Shown here: piece after piece, positions 37,757 to 47,821 of the stretch | Numbering within the stretch: position 1 is the stretch's first letter | Layout: each line of letters starts with the position of its first letter | Origin: Bdellovibrionales bacterium | Lineage (GTDB): Bacteria; Bdellovibrionota; Bdellovibrionia; Bdellovibrionales; UBA1609 | NCBI GenBank assembly: GCA_016716765.1 | Contig: JADJVA010000006.1 | Location: 407,046 to 471,045 of the forward strand | Reading direction: 5' to 3' | Length of the DNA stretch: 64,000 bases | Program-made: the position numbers and the translations under genes | Notes under the pieces: generated by a model | The model's database searches: none | Told to the model about the DNA's origin: nothing | Seen by the model: the letters and a program-made list of their open reading frames with translations, nothing else

Positions 37757-37815
37757 CCCACCCAATTCGGATGAGCTGACCCAGGCGTTTCGGGAATTGA
37801 CCCACCTATATTCGA
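37731..37815 (+). repeat. Iterated about 21-23-bp terminal repeats of the IS21-like element
   Basis: tgacccacccaattcaaagaagc / tgacccacccaattcggatgagc / tgacccaggcgtttcgggaat / tgacccacctatattcgac. Confidence 0.85.
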
Positions 37816-40049
37816 CTTGACACTGGAGTCATAAATCCAGGCAGCGACTAAATCTTCAATCCCTGGCACCTATCCTTAAACAAAGGAGGGTTCCGACTCA
37901 ACGGAGAACTTCAGTTGCCATGCAAAATCAAATTTTAGAACTTCACACTCAAGGCCGCAGCATCCGCAAGTTGCGCAGGCCCTTAAGATCGCCAGGAATA
38001 CCGTCAGAGCTTGCATCAGAGACTCAGGTCCACCATCATCAGTCCCCTCGGTAGTGGGTTTCACAGAGCCAGCCTGTCCCAATCAACTGGGAATTTATCG
38101 CGACCGAGTTCAACAAAGGTGTCCCTCTTAAAATTCTTCACAAAGAACACGCCATCGAAGTCATGACCTATATGATTTTCTATCATCGTTTCAGACGGCG
38201 ATTCCCAAAAACCGCAGGTGACAATCAGACTTCAACACAATCCCGGCGAAAAAAATCTTCTTCGATTTTCAGATGGGATTTCAATCACGATCCAAGGACT
38301 CAAGCTAAGATTAAAACTCAACTTTCGTCGGAACCTTGCCTGGAGTTCATACACCGTCGGTGAGTTTACCTTCGGACAAAAGCAACCTGAGTTCTTCAGA
38401 GCCATTGAAACTCATTCATCAAACTCGGTGGCACCCCAAAGTACGCAGTCGTTGACAATCTTAAGCCCGGCGTCACAAGAGCCCATATCTATGATCCCGA
38501 CACCAACCAGTCCTTCATTGAGTTCAGCAACCATCATGGATTTGCCGTCTCCCAGCAAGGCCTCGACGGCCCAAAGATAAAGCCGCGGTGGAAGGCGCAA
38601 TCGGCATTATACAAAACAATTCTTCAACGAAGTCGAGATCAAATCTTTTATTCAATATTTGATCTCAATCAAGATTTCAAAAAATCTCAACGAACTCACT
38701 CTGCACCCATGAAGGATCATGATGGAATTTCAAGAGAGGATAGATTCGAAAATGAAAGACCCTTTTGCAAACTGTAAACCCCAATTCATTTGAACTCTCC
38801 GTCTGGAAGACCTGTAAGGTTCATCCAGATTGCCATATTCAAGTCGATTCCAAATTCTACCCGTCCCGCATCAGTTTGTCGGCACCACGGTCAAAGCCCG
38901 AATCAAAATAAATACCGTCGAGATATACTGCGGATTCAGATTCAATGCAATCCACGCAAAGTAAAATCCCAACAGGGCCTCCACCATCGACGCCCACTAC
39001 CCAGAACACCAAGTCGCCACCGCCCGATTCAAGTGGCCTCGGCCTCAGGCAAGCGCAAAATATCGGATCCAAAACTTTTGAACTCTTCAAAATTTCTCCG
39101 TGATCCTTATCCCCGCTCAAAGGGGCTCAGGGCATCCTCAGGTTAGTTCACAAAAATGAAGTCTCAAAGGCTGATCTCGAGCGCGGCGACACAAGCCCTT
39201 ATTTTCAATAAAACCCAGTTCAATTTCATCAGGCCGGCTCTCCACAAAGTAGGAGGTACAAGACCACGCATCATTAAACCTGAACGAGATCCCAATTTAA
39301 TTTATCTACATAACAACAAGGAACCTTAATATGGAAGCCAGGCAATCGCCTATGACCTTAGATTTTCGATTCACCAAACGCTGGTCTCAAGAAGCTGTAG
39401 TAATCTGCATCCTCGAGTTTTGTCCCTCATCCTCAGGATGAGAAAACTTGCGAGATCGTCTATCAAATCTCTTACCAGACGAGCGAGTTCAGACACCAGC
39501 GGACTTCGAAGATTGGGACATGAGTTTGACAGGACTGACAAAGTAAAACTCAAGGAGCTTTCGGTTCTATCATTTTTAAAAATAAAGAGAACTTGATCAC
39601 GGGGCAGCCATTGGCAATCACACTCGGGAGAAAGATTTGCCAAGAAAACTTGTGGCCTTTTCCGTAAACCCAGTTTGAAGAAGTTCTCGCAGCCAGAAGC
39701 TCGGGCAAGATGATTGGATTTCCAGACTCAATTCCCAAGTGCTTATCCTGATGATTTTGGACCAGGCAATATTCGCAGAAGAAGCCAATGTACTGTTGAC
39801 CTCAAGCGCGGGCCAGAAAAGGACCTGTCATCTCACTCCCAGATTGATCCCAAGGTTGGTAGAAGACCCAGTCATTGCCAAGCCATGGGAAGGATCAACC
39901 CCAGCCAGAGAATAATCTCAAGGGGGTTTCCGAAAAACAATCAGCTTCCCAGAGGAAAAAACTGTGGAAATCTGCTAGCTCGTTTATTTAGCAGTTCTGT
40001 CGCCGCCGGGTGGGTCAATTCACCGAATCGGGTGGGTCAATAAGTCTGA
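37731..40049 (+). mobile_element. Decayed IS21-family element (istA and istB both riddled with stops and frameshifts)
   Basis: Multiple TGACCCACC-type terminal repeats at the left end, with inverted copies at the right end (GGTGGGTCA at 40018-40049). IstA relics QALKIARNTVRACIR and VVDNLKPGVTRAHIYDPDTNQSFIEFSNHHGFAVSP / ARPRRPKDKAAVEGAIGIIQ (about 38440-38620). IstB-like relics at about 39200-39990. Confidence 0.75.
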
Positions 40050-40441
40050 ATCGTGCAAGGGATCACCAAGTACGATCTGGTACGACCTTCTATCCTCCAG
40101 TTGCTCCTATGTACGTTAAAGTTACAAAATCAGGCGATTATGCGAGTTTAGGAATGAGCACAACCTTCCCTCCTTTTGGTGGCGATCTATTCACCTGGAC
40201 AAATAAGGAGTCTCGAGTCTCTGTGGTGAGAGTTAGGATTTCGAAATACATTCCTGGCTTTGTTCGTTGGACTTGGGGAGGAATTCCAGATCTGGGAATT
40301 GTATGGCAGAAAGTCGGCAACGCAGTGGCAGAACTCAAATCTCGTTCTCAAATAAAGGATCGATTGAAGAACTCATCCCTTTCTTCTTCTGGTTTGTGTC
40401 GCCAAACTGTTGTTGGGGGTAGATTTGCGGATATTCAGTGA
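40010..40441 (+). CDS. Hypothetical ORF; the part after 40049 may be the 3' remainder of the gene interrupted by the IS21-like element
   Basis: Same frame modulo 3 as 36839..37756. No motif recognised. Confidence 0.3.
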   Translation: MGQFTESGGSISLNRARDHQVRSGTTFYPPVAPMYVKVTKSGDYASLGMSTTFPPFGGDLFTWTNKESRVSVVRVRISKYIPGFVRWTWGGIPDLGIVWQKVGNAVAELKSRSQIKDRLKNSSLSSSGLCRQTVVGGRFADIQ

Positions 40442-40529
40442 ATTAGAATCATCTTTGAGATTGTTAAGATACTTTTTTATGGTCGGAACAGAAGAATTTC
40501 CATAGTAAAATGAAAAATTGTATCAGTCC

Positions 40530-42099
40530 TTAAGGCCACACAATCGGAAGAGCGCCGCTCAAAGCTAATTGCTGTACAGTCTTCCGATCTACTTTCCCAC
40601 TTGTAACAGATGGAAACGGAGAAAGGAAAAGTATCTTGCGCGGGACAGTCACGGGAGGTATTTCATGGGCCATAGACACCAGACATTCTTCCAATTGTGA
40701 TTTTTCCATTCGTTGATCGATGACTCCGATCACTTGGGCGGGAGATAGGCGACTGTCTGAGAAGACAATCAGAGCGATGCCCTGAGAGATCTTTGAGAAG
40801 TGATACTCAATTTCTTCAGCTTCTATTCTGATTCCTGCAATTTTGAGCTGCCAGTCCGTGCGTCCAAGAAAAATGATTTGCCCCTTGCCGTTTCGACTGA
40901 CCAAATCTCCAGTGCGGTACCATAATTGAAGATTGTTTCTCCACCGAATAAATTTTTTTTGTGTGTCTGGGACATTTTCGAAATATTCCTTTGCTAACTG
41001 CGGCCCGGAAATCATCAGTTCTCCACGATTCTCGACATCTTTGATTTCGTTCAACTCTTCATCTACGATGGAGAACTGGTGATCGGTGTAGCAATTCCCG
41101 ATAGGAATTCGTGAATCTTCCTGCTCAATATCTGGGATAACATATCGAAAGACATTCACAGTTGCTTCGATGGGGCCATAAAGGTTTTCGATTTGTGAGT
41201 TTTGAGCGCAGCTTTTCCAGCGGCGACAAACTTCCTTGTCGAGTGATTCGCCCGTAAATGTCGTGTATCGGAGAGATGGAAGAGAATCGGAAGTAAGATC
41301 TATTCCTCTTTGAAAATTGAGGTGGACTAAGGTGGGAACTGATGACCAATAGGTGATGGCATTTCTGGAAATGAAATTGGCAATATCGAATTTGTAACTA
41401 TCGAGTAAGGGGTAGAGAACAGCGCCATTCACAAGTGCTAAAAATATATCACTCAGGGATGGATCAAAACTCAAGCCAAACGTCTGTGAAATTCGATCCT
41501 TGTGATCAATCAGATAATTTGGGAGGAAATTAGCAAGAAAGCTTGAGAAGTTTCCTCGTGTAATGCCAACACATTTTGGCTGTCCAGTACTTCCAGATGT
41601 GAAGAGGTAGTAGCAAAATTTATTGTGATCCTCATTTTTAATATCCACACTTTCAATATCCACGGCGTTGATTGATCTCAAAATACCTTGGTCTGCCAAT
41701 TTGATAATTGAAAAGTCACTTCTGTGTTCATCAAAGAATGCAGCATGCCGTTCGTCAAGGGGCGTGCAGGAAACAATGCTTTTGACTTGGAGCCTTTTAG
41801 CAAACCCCTAGATGTGACAAGGATTTGGATTTGTAGATGGGGATGAAGGGGCGATGAAAGAGCATGCAAGCGATCACCGAAACATTTGCATCGACACGTT
41901 TTTCGCCGTAAATTCCTATGGATTCATTTGAAGAGGTGTTCTCGGTAAGAAAACTTGCCAGTTGGAGGACTCTTTTGGTGAACTCTCCGTAACTGAGAGA
42001 GCTGGAGCTCTTGTGTTCAGAAATGACGACAGCAGGACTCTCGGCCGTTTTTGTTCCATTCTCAAGTATCATTCTGAGGTATGTGGTTAAGCTCGTCAT
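40530..42099 (-). pseudogene. AMP-dependent adenylation enzyme (DltA/ANL-superfamily-like), split over three frames
   Basis: Core motif YYLFTSGSTGQPKCVGITRGN. Also YRTGDLV and a C-terminal GKVDRK. The N-terminal 100 aa (41797..42099) and a middle piece (41678..41869) are in other frames, with one break at a G4 run. Confidence 0.75.
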
Positions 42100-42113
42100 T
42101 GAGAATCCTCTGG

Positions 42114-43035
42114 TTACGAGGCAATACGAAGAAGGTAGGGATAAATGTAAATTTCAATAACTGGAAAGATCATGGCGATCAAAAGGTGGTTAACTACGAT
42201 CGATGCCCATTGAAAGATTGGACGAGGGTATCTCCTTAGCAAATTGCTCCACAATGTTGCTCCAATAATGATTAAGATGAGCCAGAGGCCTGCCCAGGAA
42301 GTAGAAAATAACAAACTAGAAAGTAAATTCAAAGGCGGCGCTCTCAGCTCTGGGACAAGAAGCGAATAGAATGAGCGAATGAAAATTTCTTGAAAGAGCA
42401 TCATGTGAATGATGACCAACACAAAGGAAACGAGAACTGCAAGAGTATAGTTTCGAAAAAGGCGGTACAAGGGAAGGTAAATATGTCGGAAAAAGAACCT
42501 GTAGAGGTAGGTTGAACCTCGTTGCCAGGTCTCCATTGGTGTTTTGGCGAGGATCATAAAATAAGTGGGGTCGGGACAGTTGACTCCAAACAAGCGCGAC
42601 ATCCCAACCAATTGGCTAAAGCTGGCGATGAGAAAAAGAATGAAATAGGTGTAGTGCCCCAGAGTGGCTGCGAATCCTTGAGCATGAAGAGAAGCCAATA
42701 GGTTCTTTTCCAGAAATGCGATAGCAAAGAGAAATGCCCCGGTGTAACAATTCCAAATTCCTTTCCACCAGAGTTTCTTTTGTTCCACCTTTTCCAAACA
42801 AAAAGTGGTTTCTTCAGGCCACAAAGTACTCCAGGCGAAATTGGTTGGGACGAAGGCAAAATCCTCCTTCGCGGGAAGATTGACCGCCAATACCCAGTAG
42901 ACAACAAAGAGAAGATACATCTGAGGGTGGAGGATCCAAAATAGTTTGAGAACCTGAGAATTATTTTTTGTGGCCGCTTCGTGAGCAAGTAAATAGCCGA
43001 TGGCCAGAAAGAATACGATAAAGAGGGGAGCTCCA
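42114..43035 (-). pseudogene. MBOAT-family (DltB/AlgI-like) membrane acyltransferase, 5'-truncated by an IS fragment
   Basis: Multi-TM. TPMETWQRGSTYLYRFFFRHIYLPL aligns to the MBOAT FWRRWH...RDY.Y.PL region, but RGS replaces RWH. Only about 305 aa remain, and the ORF's first codons derive from IS orfB sequence. Confidence 0.55.
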
Positions 43036-43690
43036 CTTTTTTCTCTTCCTGCGTCCAATCTGAAGCTTTAGTTTTTGATAAATCCGACGCGATCGTTTGT
43101 GGTTGAGATCAGATATTTCCCTCTTGAGAAGAACAAATAGCCGCGGGTGACCGAACCTTCTATGCTCTGTCGCTAGCTCCGACAATCGCGACGCCAGAGG
43201 CTGGTCTCCATTCTCTTTTGGATTATAATACAAGGTGGTGATGGGAAGGCCCAGCAGACAGCTGGTTCGAGCCTTGGAGACCTCGTATTTTTTCAACAAG
43301 GTATGAGGCCTCCGTTCTCTTGTCGCTGGACCTCACCACTTTTTTGAGTTCACATCCTTCAACATGACGATGTCGAGAGCCTGGTCCGCCACGATCCTTT
43401 TTTAGGCGCGTATTCTCCATCTCCAGGTCTTTCAGCCGTCTGGCGTCGGTCACGTCCATACCACCAAAACGCTTCTTCCAATGGTAGAGAGTCTGAATCG
43501 TCACGCCCATCTCGCGCGACACCTCTTTTGCTGGCGATCCCGTCTCCAGTTTTTTTACTGCAGAAATTATTTGTTCCTCGCTAAATCTCTTCTTCATTTG
43601 GTGCTCCTTTACCGGACTCTGCCGGGGGTTATTACGCACCATGACTCAAGATGCAAGGCCTACAGTTTTAAGGGCCAACCGCCTATAGGG
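43035..43690 (-). mobile_element. Truncated IS3-family (IS407/IS2-like) element: orfA plus about 95 codons of orfB; outer boundary approximate
   Basis: MKKRFSEEQIISAVKKLETGSPAKEVSREMGVTIQTLYHWKKRFGGMDVTDARRLKDLEMENTRLK. A AAA AAG slippery motif (TCAAAAAAGTGG). OrfB start YEVSKARTSCLLGLPITTLYY...FGHPRLFVLLKRE...NHKRSRRIYQKLKLQIGRRKRKK, then an abrupt junction. Confidence 0.75.
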
Positions 43691-43890
43691 TAGCAAAAAT
43701 TGACTTGTTCGCTGTTATGCTCTAAAGCCATCTAACATATTGTTTTTTAAAAGAAATTTCTCCATCAGAAGTGGGCTGTTTAACTTCTATACAGCAATGG
43801 CCTGCCAAATCAAAAATAATTACATTTCAAGTGGCACTCCGATTGCAATATCAAGTTTACGAAGAACTATGTCTTCTTTGGAGGCTCAAA

Positions 43891-45372
43891 ATGCTAAAAA
43901 AAATTTTCTCATTCACACTGGTGCTTGCCTTTATTTACAGTGCCTATGCTGCTTCCGAAGGAACGACATACATTGCTGTACTTGATTCTCCTGTTGACTA
44001 TCAACATCCAGAAATAAGTGCAGTTTTAGATGAGGAGCTATTAAAGGAAGCAAAAATAGTAGATGAAAAGGGACAGGAAAAGTCATGGTATGATTTGAAT
44101 TTAGAAGCTAAAGCAGAGTTTGAAAAAAGATTAAATAAAAAACAATATGCCGAACAAGTTCAGTTTTTAGATTCAATCCACATGATGTTGGGTGGAAATA
44201 TACCATCAGATAAAGCTCTTGCGACTCTTTCAGCTGTTGCAAAGGGTGCGATTAAGTATATTTTTTCACCCAAGTTTCGTTCTGGTTTAAATGTCGTTGG
44301 AACTTACCTTCATGGTACTCATGTTGCTGGAATTGCAATGCGATCTCTTACCAATGTTCGGCTGATTAACTTTCCTCTCATTACTCCATCAAAACAACTA
44401 ACTATTTCAGATATTTTAAAGTTTGATCCAGCCAAGCAACGAGAAGACTTGAGAAGACATCTAGACCAAATTAGCCAAGTTTTAAAGCAACAAAATATAC
44501 GAGTTGTGAATTTGTCAGTTGGTACATCTGGTGAAATCGCCTTCAAATCTGCAAAAAATAGGTCGACTTTCTTCCAAAAACTTTTTTTAAGGGGTAAAAT
44601 TAAAGAAATGGCCGAACAAGGAGCAAAAATTTTTGCAGAAGAAATGAGAGGGTTTTTTAAAGCCAACCCCGAATCAGTCTTCGTTCTCGCTGCTGGAAAT
44701 GAAAAAAGAGATTTGCGAAAAATTGGTGACCACACAGCTAATATTGAGGCAGGTAACTTAATCAAGGTGGCTGCCATAGACGGTAAAGGAAAGATTGCTT
44801 CGTTTTCAAATAGATCGTCGTCGTATGTTGACATTGCTGCTATTGGCACAGGAGTAACAAGTGCATTGGTCGGTGGAAGTGAAATGCATATGTCGGGCAC
44901 ATCACAAGCTGCTCCAAGTGTTGCAAATACACTAGCAAGAATATTTGAATCAAACCCCCAAATGTCATCAGCTGATGCAATTGAAGCACTATATTCTCGG
45001 TACACAACCAGTGATTCAACATTAGCTGATATGGTGGCTAATGGAAGAGTTTTAAAATCTAGCCCCGAGACCGAAAGGTTTAGTGCCGAAAAAGCTACTT
45101 ACGAATTAACAGGACAAGTTTCTCAGAGCGAAATCAGCAGGGTTATTATGCAATACTCACAGCAGGTAGTAGAAAAAAGATTATCGTCATTGGATTTAAC
45201 AATTATGAAGGGTGGAGTTGAAGCTCTGACCATTAATATCAAGAATGCCAACGGCAAAATAGATGTTTCAATCGTCGAAATTCCAACTGCAGCAGATGGA
45301 ACACCAAAAGTGGCAAGGCATTCAGCTTCATCAAGTGCGAAATCTTGTCAGGCTTTATTTTTAGGTCTATAG
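43891..45372 (+). CDS. Secreted subtilisin-like (S8) serine protease
   Basis: GGAGG RBS. Signal peptide MLKKIFSFTLVLAFIYSAYA. Catalytic-triad motifs VLDSPVD (D), HGTHVAGIA (H) and MSGTSQAAPSVAN (S). Confidence 0.85.
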   Translation: MLKKIFSFTLVLAFIYSAYAASEGTTYIAVLDSPVDYQHPEISAVLDEELLKEAKIVDEKGQEKSWYDLNLEAKAEFEKRLNKKQYAEQVQFLDSIHMMLGGNIPSDKALATLSAVAKGAIKYIFSPKFRSGLNVVGTYLHGTHVAGIAMRSLTNVRLINFPLITPSKQLTISDILKFDPAKQREDLRRHLDQISQVLKQQNIRVVNLSVGTSGEIAFKSAKNRSTFFQKLFLRGKIKEMAEQGAKIFAEEMRGFFKANPESVFVLAAGNEKRDLRKIGDHTANIEAGNLIKVAAIDGKGKIASFSNRSSSYVDIAAIGTGVTSALVGGSEMHMSGTSQAAPSVANTLARIFESNPQMSSADAIEALYSRYTTSDSTLADMVANGRVLKSSPETERFSAEKATYELTGQVSQSEISRVIMQYSQQVVEKRLSSLDLTIMKGGVEALTINIKNANGKIDVSIVEIPTAADGTPKVARHSASSSAKSCQALFLGL

Positions 45373-45406
45373 GATATGAAAATTAAACTTTGCAGGCGAC
45401 TGCAAG

Positions 45407-45595
45407 CTATTCGACTTTTTGTTTTTTTAAAATTTTCTCAAGTAAGTCGTCGTCAAAGTCATTGAACACAAAATCCAAAATTTCATTAAGATGCTCTCTA
45501 ATTGCTTCATGAACAGATGGCATATCGCCTTCGTTTTCATGATAAATAAGGGCCAGTTTTGGCAAGATGCCTTCAACCTCGGCACTGATATTCAT
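45407..45595 (-). CDS. Small acidic protein (62 aa)
   Basis: The ATG overlaps (ATGA) the stop of a 27-codon Lys-rich ORF (45592..45675), which itself starts 2 nt after the XRE gene stop. Confidence 0.4.
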   Translation of the reverse strand: MNISAEVEGILPKLALIYHENEGDMPSVHEAIREHLNEILDFVFNDFDDDLLEKILKKQKVE

Positions 45596-45677
45596 GGTCT
45601 CAAAGGGGAGAAATCTTGGGGATCTTTAAAAACTGCCTTAGCTTTTTTCTTAGTTTTAATTTTTTTCTTTGCCATAA

Positions 45678-45953
45678 TCACCTCTTCTTTTTTCTATCTT
45701 CAATCAATTCACAAATTGGGACATCTAAAATCAATGCGAGTTTAAGAAGCATTTCAAAGCCGAGGGTTTGGCTTTTTTTAATGCGAGCTACATTTGAGGG
45801 GTGAGCGATACCGAGGCCACTTGATACCTCTGAATAGCTTAGCCCCTTTTTTTGAATAGCCTCATCAACGATAAGGCGAGGCATTTTATAGCCTCGCTTG
45901 GCATATTCTTTCTCAAGCTCTTTAAGGGGATCCTTTTTTTCTTTCTTAATCAT
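45678..45953 (-). CDS. XRE-family helix-turn-helix transcriptional regulator
   Basis: GLSYSEVSSGLGIAHPSNVARIKKSQTLGFEMLLKLALILDVPICELI, the Cro/C1-type HTH pattern. Confidence 0.75.
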   Translation of the reverse strand: MIKKEKKDPLKELEKEYAKRGYKMPRLIVDEAIQKKGLSYSEVSSGLGIAHPSNVARIKKSQTLGFEMLLKLALILDVPICELIEDRKKKR

Positions 45954-46105
45954 CTATCCGATCCATTCCAATACAATTTTATCGGCTTCTTATGCCGATA
46001 TCATAAATATACTGGCTTTAAAAAACAATGCCTTTAAAAGTAATACTTTTATTGACCTATACTATGCATTGCATTAGGATCTAAGTATAGCCAGGAGGCT
46101 CATTT

Positions 46106-47128
46106 ATGAAATCCAAGTTCTTAAAAACAATAAGTGCCTTGTTTGTTCTGGTTTTAACAGCTTGTGGAGGTGCTGGAGGTGGATCTGCCACTAATAGCAG
46201 TGAACCGAGCCCTGACCCTGTGCCAATTGATGGTGATGCCTCCAATGGGCTTAATGAGTACTATTATTTTAGTAAGGACGATCCGAGAAATATTTCTTTA
46301 ACTGCATCCATGCCGAAGAGTTCAACCATTGGAGTTGAAAATCAGTTTTTTATTCAGATAACAGAATCATCTACTGCCGATATGAACATTGGCTTATTCG
46401 CCCCAAAGTGTTTGCTTGGGGCGACGACCAACAGCTATGCAATGGTTTTAATCTCAGGTGATGGCCCAAGTCTTGTTTCTCTAAGAACTCAATCATCGGC
46501 CATTGAAATCGAGGAGCTTTCCTATGACAATAACCTCAATCAGAAAAAAGGCGAAGGGGTGCAAGTTCTTGCAGGCGACTGCAACGAAGGCATATTTTTA
46601 TCCGACGATACAACCACTGTTGTAATTGCCAACGATGCTGTGGCCATCGTGACCGATGGCTCAGGCAATATCTATGTGGGCTTAAATAAAAATATGTCTT
46701 TCAATTCTTTGCAAAACACCCCGATTCAGGTGTCCTCGGAGACTACTTCATTCAATGAAGCACCGATCAATTCGTATCATTTTTGGCAAAGCAATGCTCC
46801 TTTGCTAGGAGTGACGAATCAATCAAGCAGTGGTGGGTATTTTGATAATGGGCAATTTTTTGGAATGTATCATGGTGCTGTTGAAACAGCCTTCGGCAAT
46901 GGCCAAGCCAATTTAGTTTTAAATACATCCACAAATATTGAATCGCATCACACTGTTGTAAAAGGCCAAGGTTCCTATTTTGCCAGAGAACTGCGAGGCA
47001 CATCTGGTGTTATCAATGGGCGAACTATTTTCTTTGGCTCAATGAGTGGCTTGTGCATCAACACTCAAGGTAGCTATACCGAATGTTTTGGTGTCGATGC
47101 CTTTGTGGTCGCATCGGAACAGGAGTGA
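46106..47128 (+). CDS. Lipoprotein of unknown function (340 aa)
   Basis: AGGAGG RBS. Lipobox LVLTAC followed by GGAGGGS. Confidence 0.55.
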   Translation: MKSKFLKTISALFVLVLTACGGAGGGSATNSSEPSPDPVPIDGDASNGLNEYYYFSKDDPRNISLTASMPKSSTIGVENQFFIQITESSTADMNIGLFAPKCLLGATTNSYAMVLISGDGPSLVSLRTQSSAIEIEELSYDNNLNQKKGEGVQVLAGDCNEGIFLSDDTTTVVIANDAVAIVTDGSGNIYVGLNKNMSFNSLQNTPIQVSSETTSFNEAPINSYHFWQSNAPLLGVTNQSSSGGYFDNGQFFGMYHGAVETAFGNGQANLVLNTSTNIESHHTVVKGQGSYFARELRGTSGVINGRTIFFGSMSGLCINTQGSYTECFGVDAFVVASEQE

Positions 47129-47131
47129 TTT

Positions 47132-47710
47132 ATGAGTACATCTGCAAACACAGTTGCATTTTTAATTTTGACTGCCCCTGTTTGGATTTTTGTTGTGGGT
47201 CTTCCGATGGCTTGTTGTTGGATGGTTGGAAAAAAGTTGATCGGATTGCTGAGAAAGCTCAGACTTGCACCTCGACCCAAATTATCCAAAGAGGATCGTA
47301 TTTGTCTCATGCGACAAGAGCTAAGGGACTACGATACTGAAATGTCGGGCTTTAATCCGATGAAATACAACTACTCAATTTTTGAGTTATTCCCGAAGCA
47401 ACCCGAATTGGAAGTCGTAAATCAGTGGAGAAAAAAGATTTTTTCCCTTTCGGATTTAAAAGATGGACCGAATGAGAAAACTGAAAAAATTAAATTTTGG
47501 TATTCTATATTTTTAGCGATGGCCTTGATGAGGGTTGATATGAAGAAGCAAAAAATTTGGACTTCGGAGAAAGAGCAATTGTGGTTGGGTTTTCCCTATA
47601 GACCAAAGGCCATGAGAGAAGTTGATCCGATATATTTTGAAACAGTAAGGGAGAAGTACTTGGGCAATCATCTTGAAAACAGAGAGCCAAGCAACAAATT
47701 GGCCTGTTAA
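47132..47710 (+). CDS. Membrane protein of unknown function (192 aa)
   Basis: Starts 3 nt after the upstream stop. N-terminal hydrophobic hairpin AFLILTAPVWIFVVGLPMACCWMVG. Confidence 0.5.
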   Translation: MSTSANTVAFLILTAPVWIFVVGLPMACCWMVGKKLIGLLRKLRLAPRPKLSKEDRICLMRQELRDYDTEMSGFNPMKYNYSIFELFPKQPELEVVNQWRKKIFSLSDLKDGPNEKTEKIKFWYSIFLAMALMRVDMKKQKIWTSEKEQLWLGFPYRPKAMREVDPIYFETVREKYLGNHLENREPSNKLAC

Positions 47711-47821
47711 TGGCCCTAAAACTGCTTTGGTCGGGATCGTTATGTCATCGACTTGACATTGGTCTGACCCGATCATAGGTCTGAGTTTAAATTTTAGAAA
47801 AATATGACGAAAAGATAGGCG

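Noticed and set aside
37731-37815. Regularly spaced TGACCCACC repeats as a mini-CRISPR array
   Set aside because: The units are only about 20-23 bp with no distinct spacers. The copies degenerate, and inverted copies occur 2.3 kb away flanking transposase relics. They are IS21-type terminal repeats.
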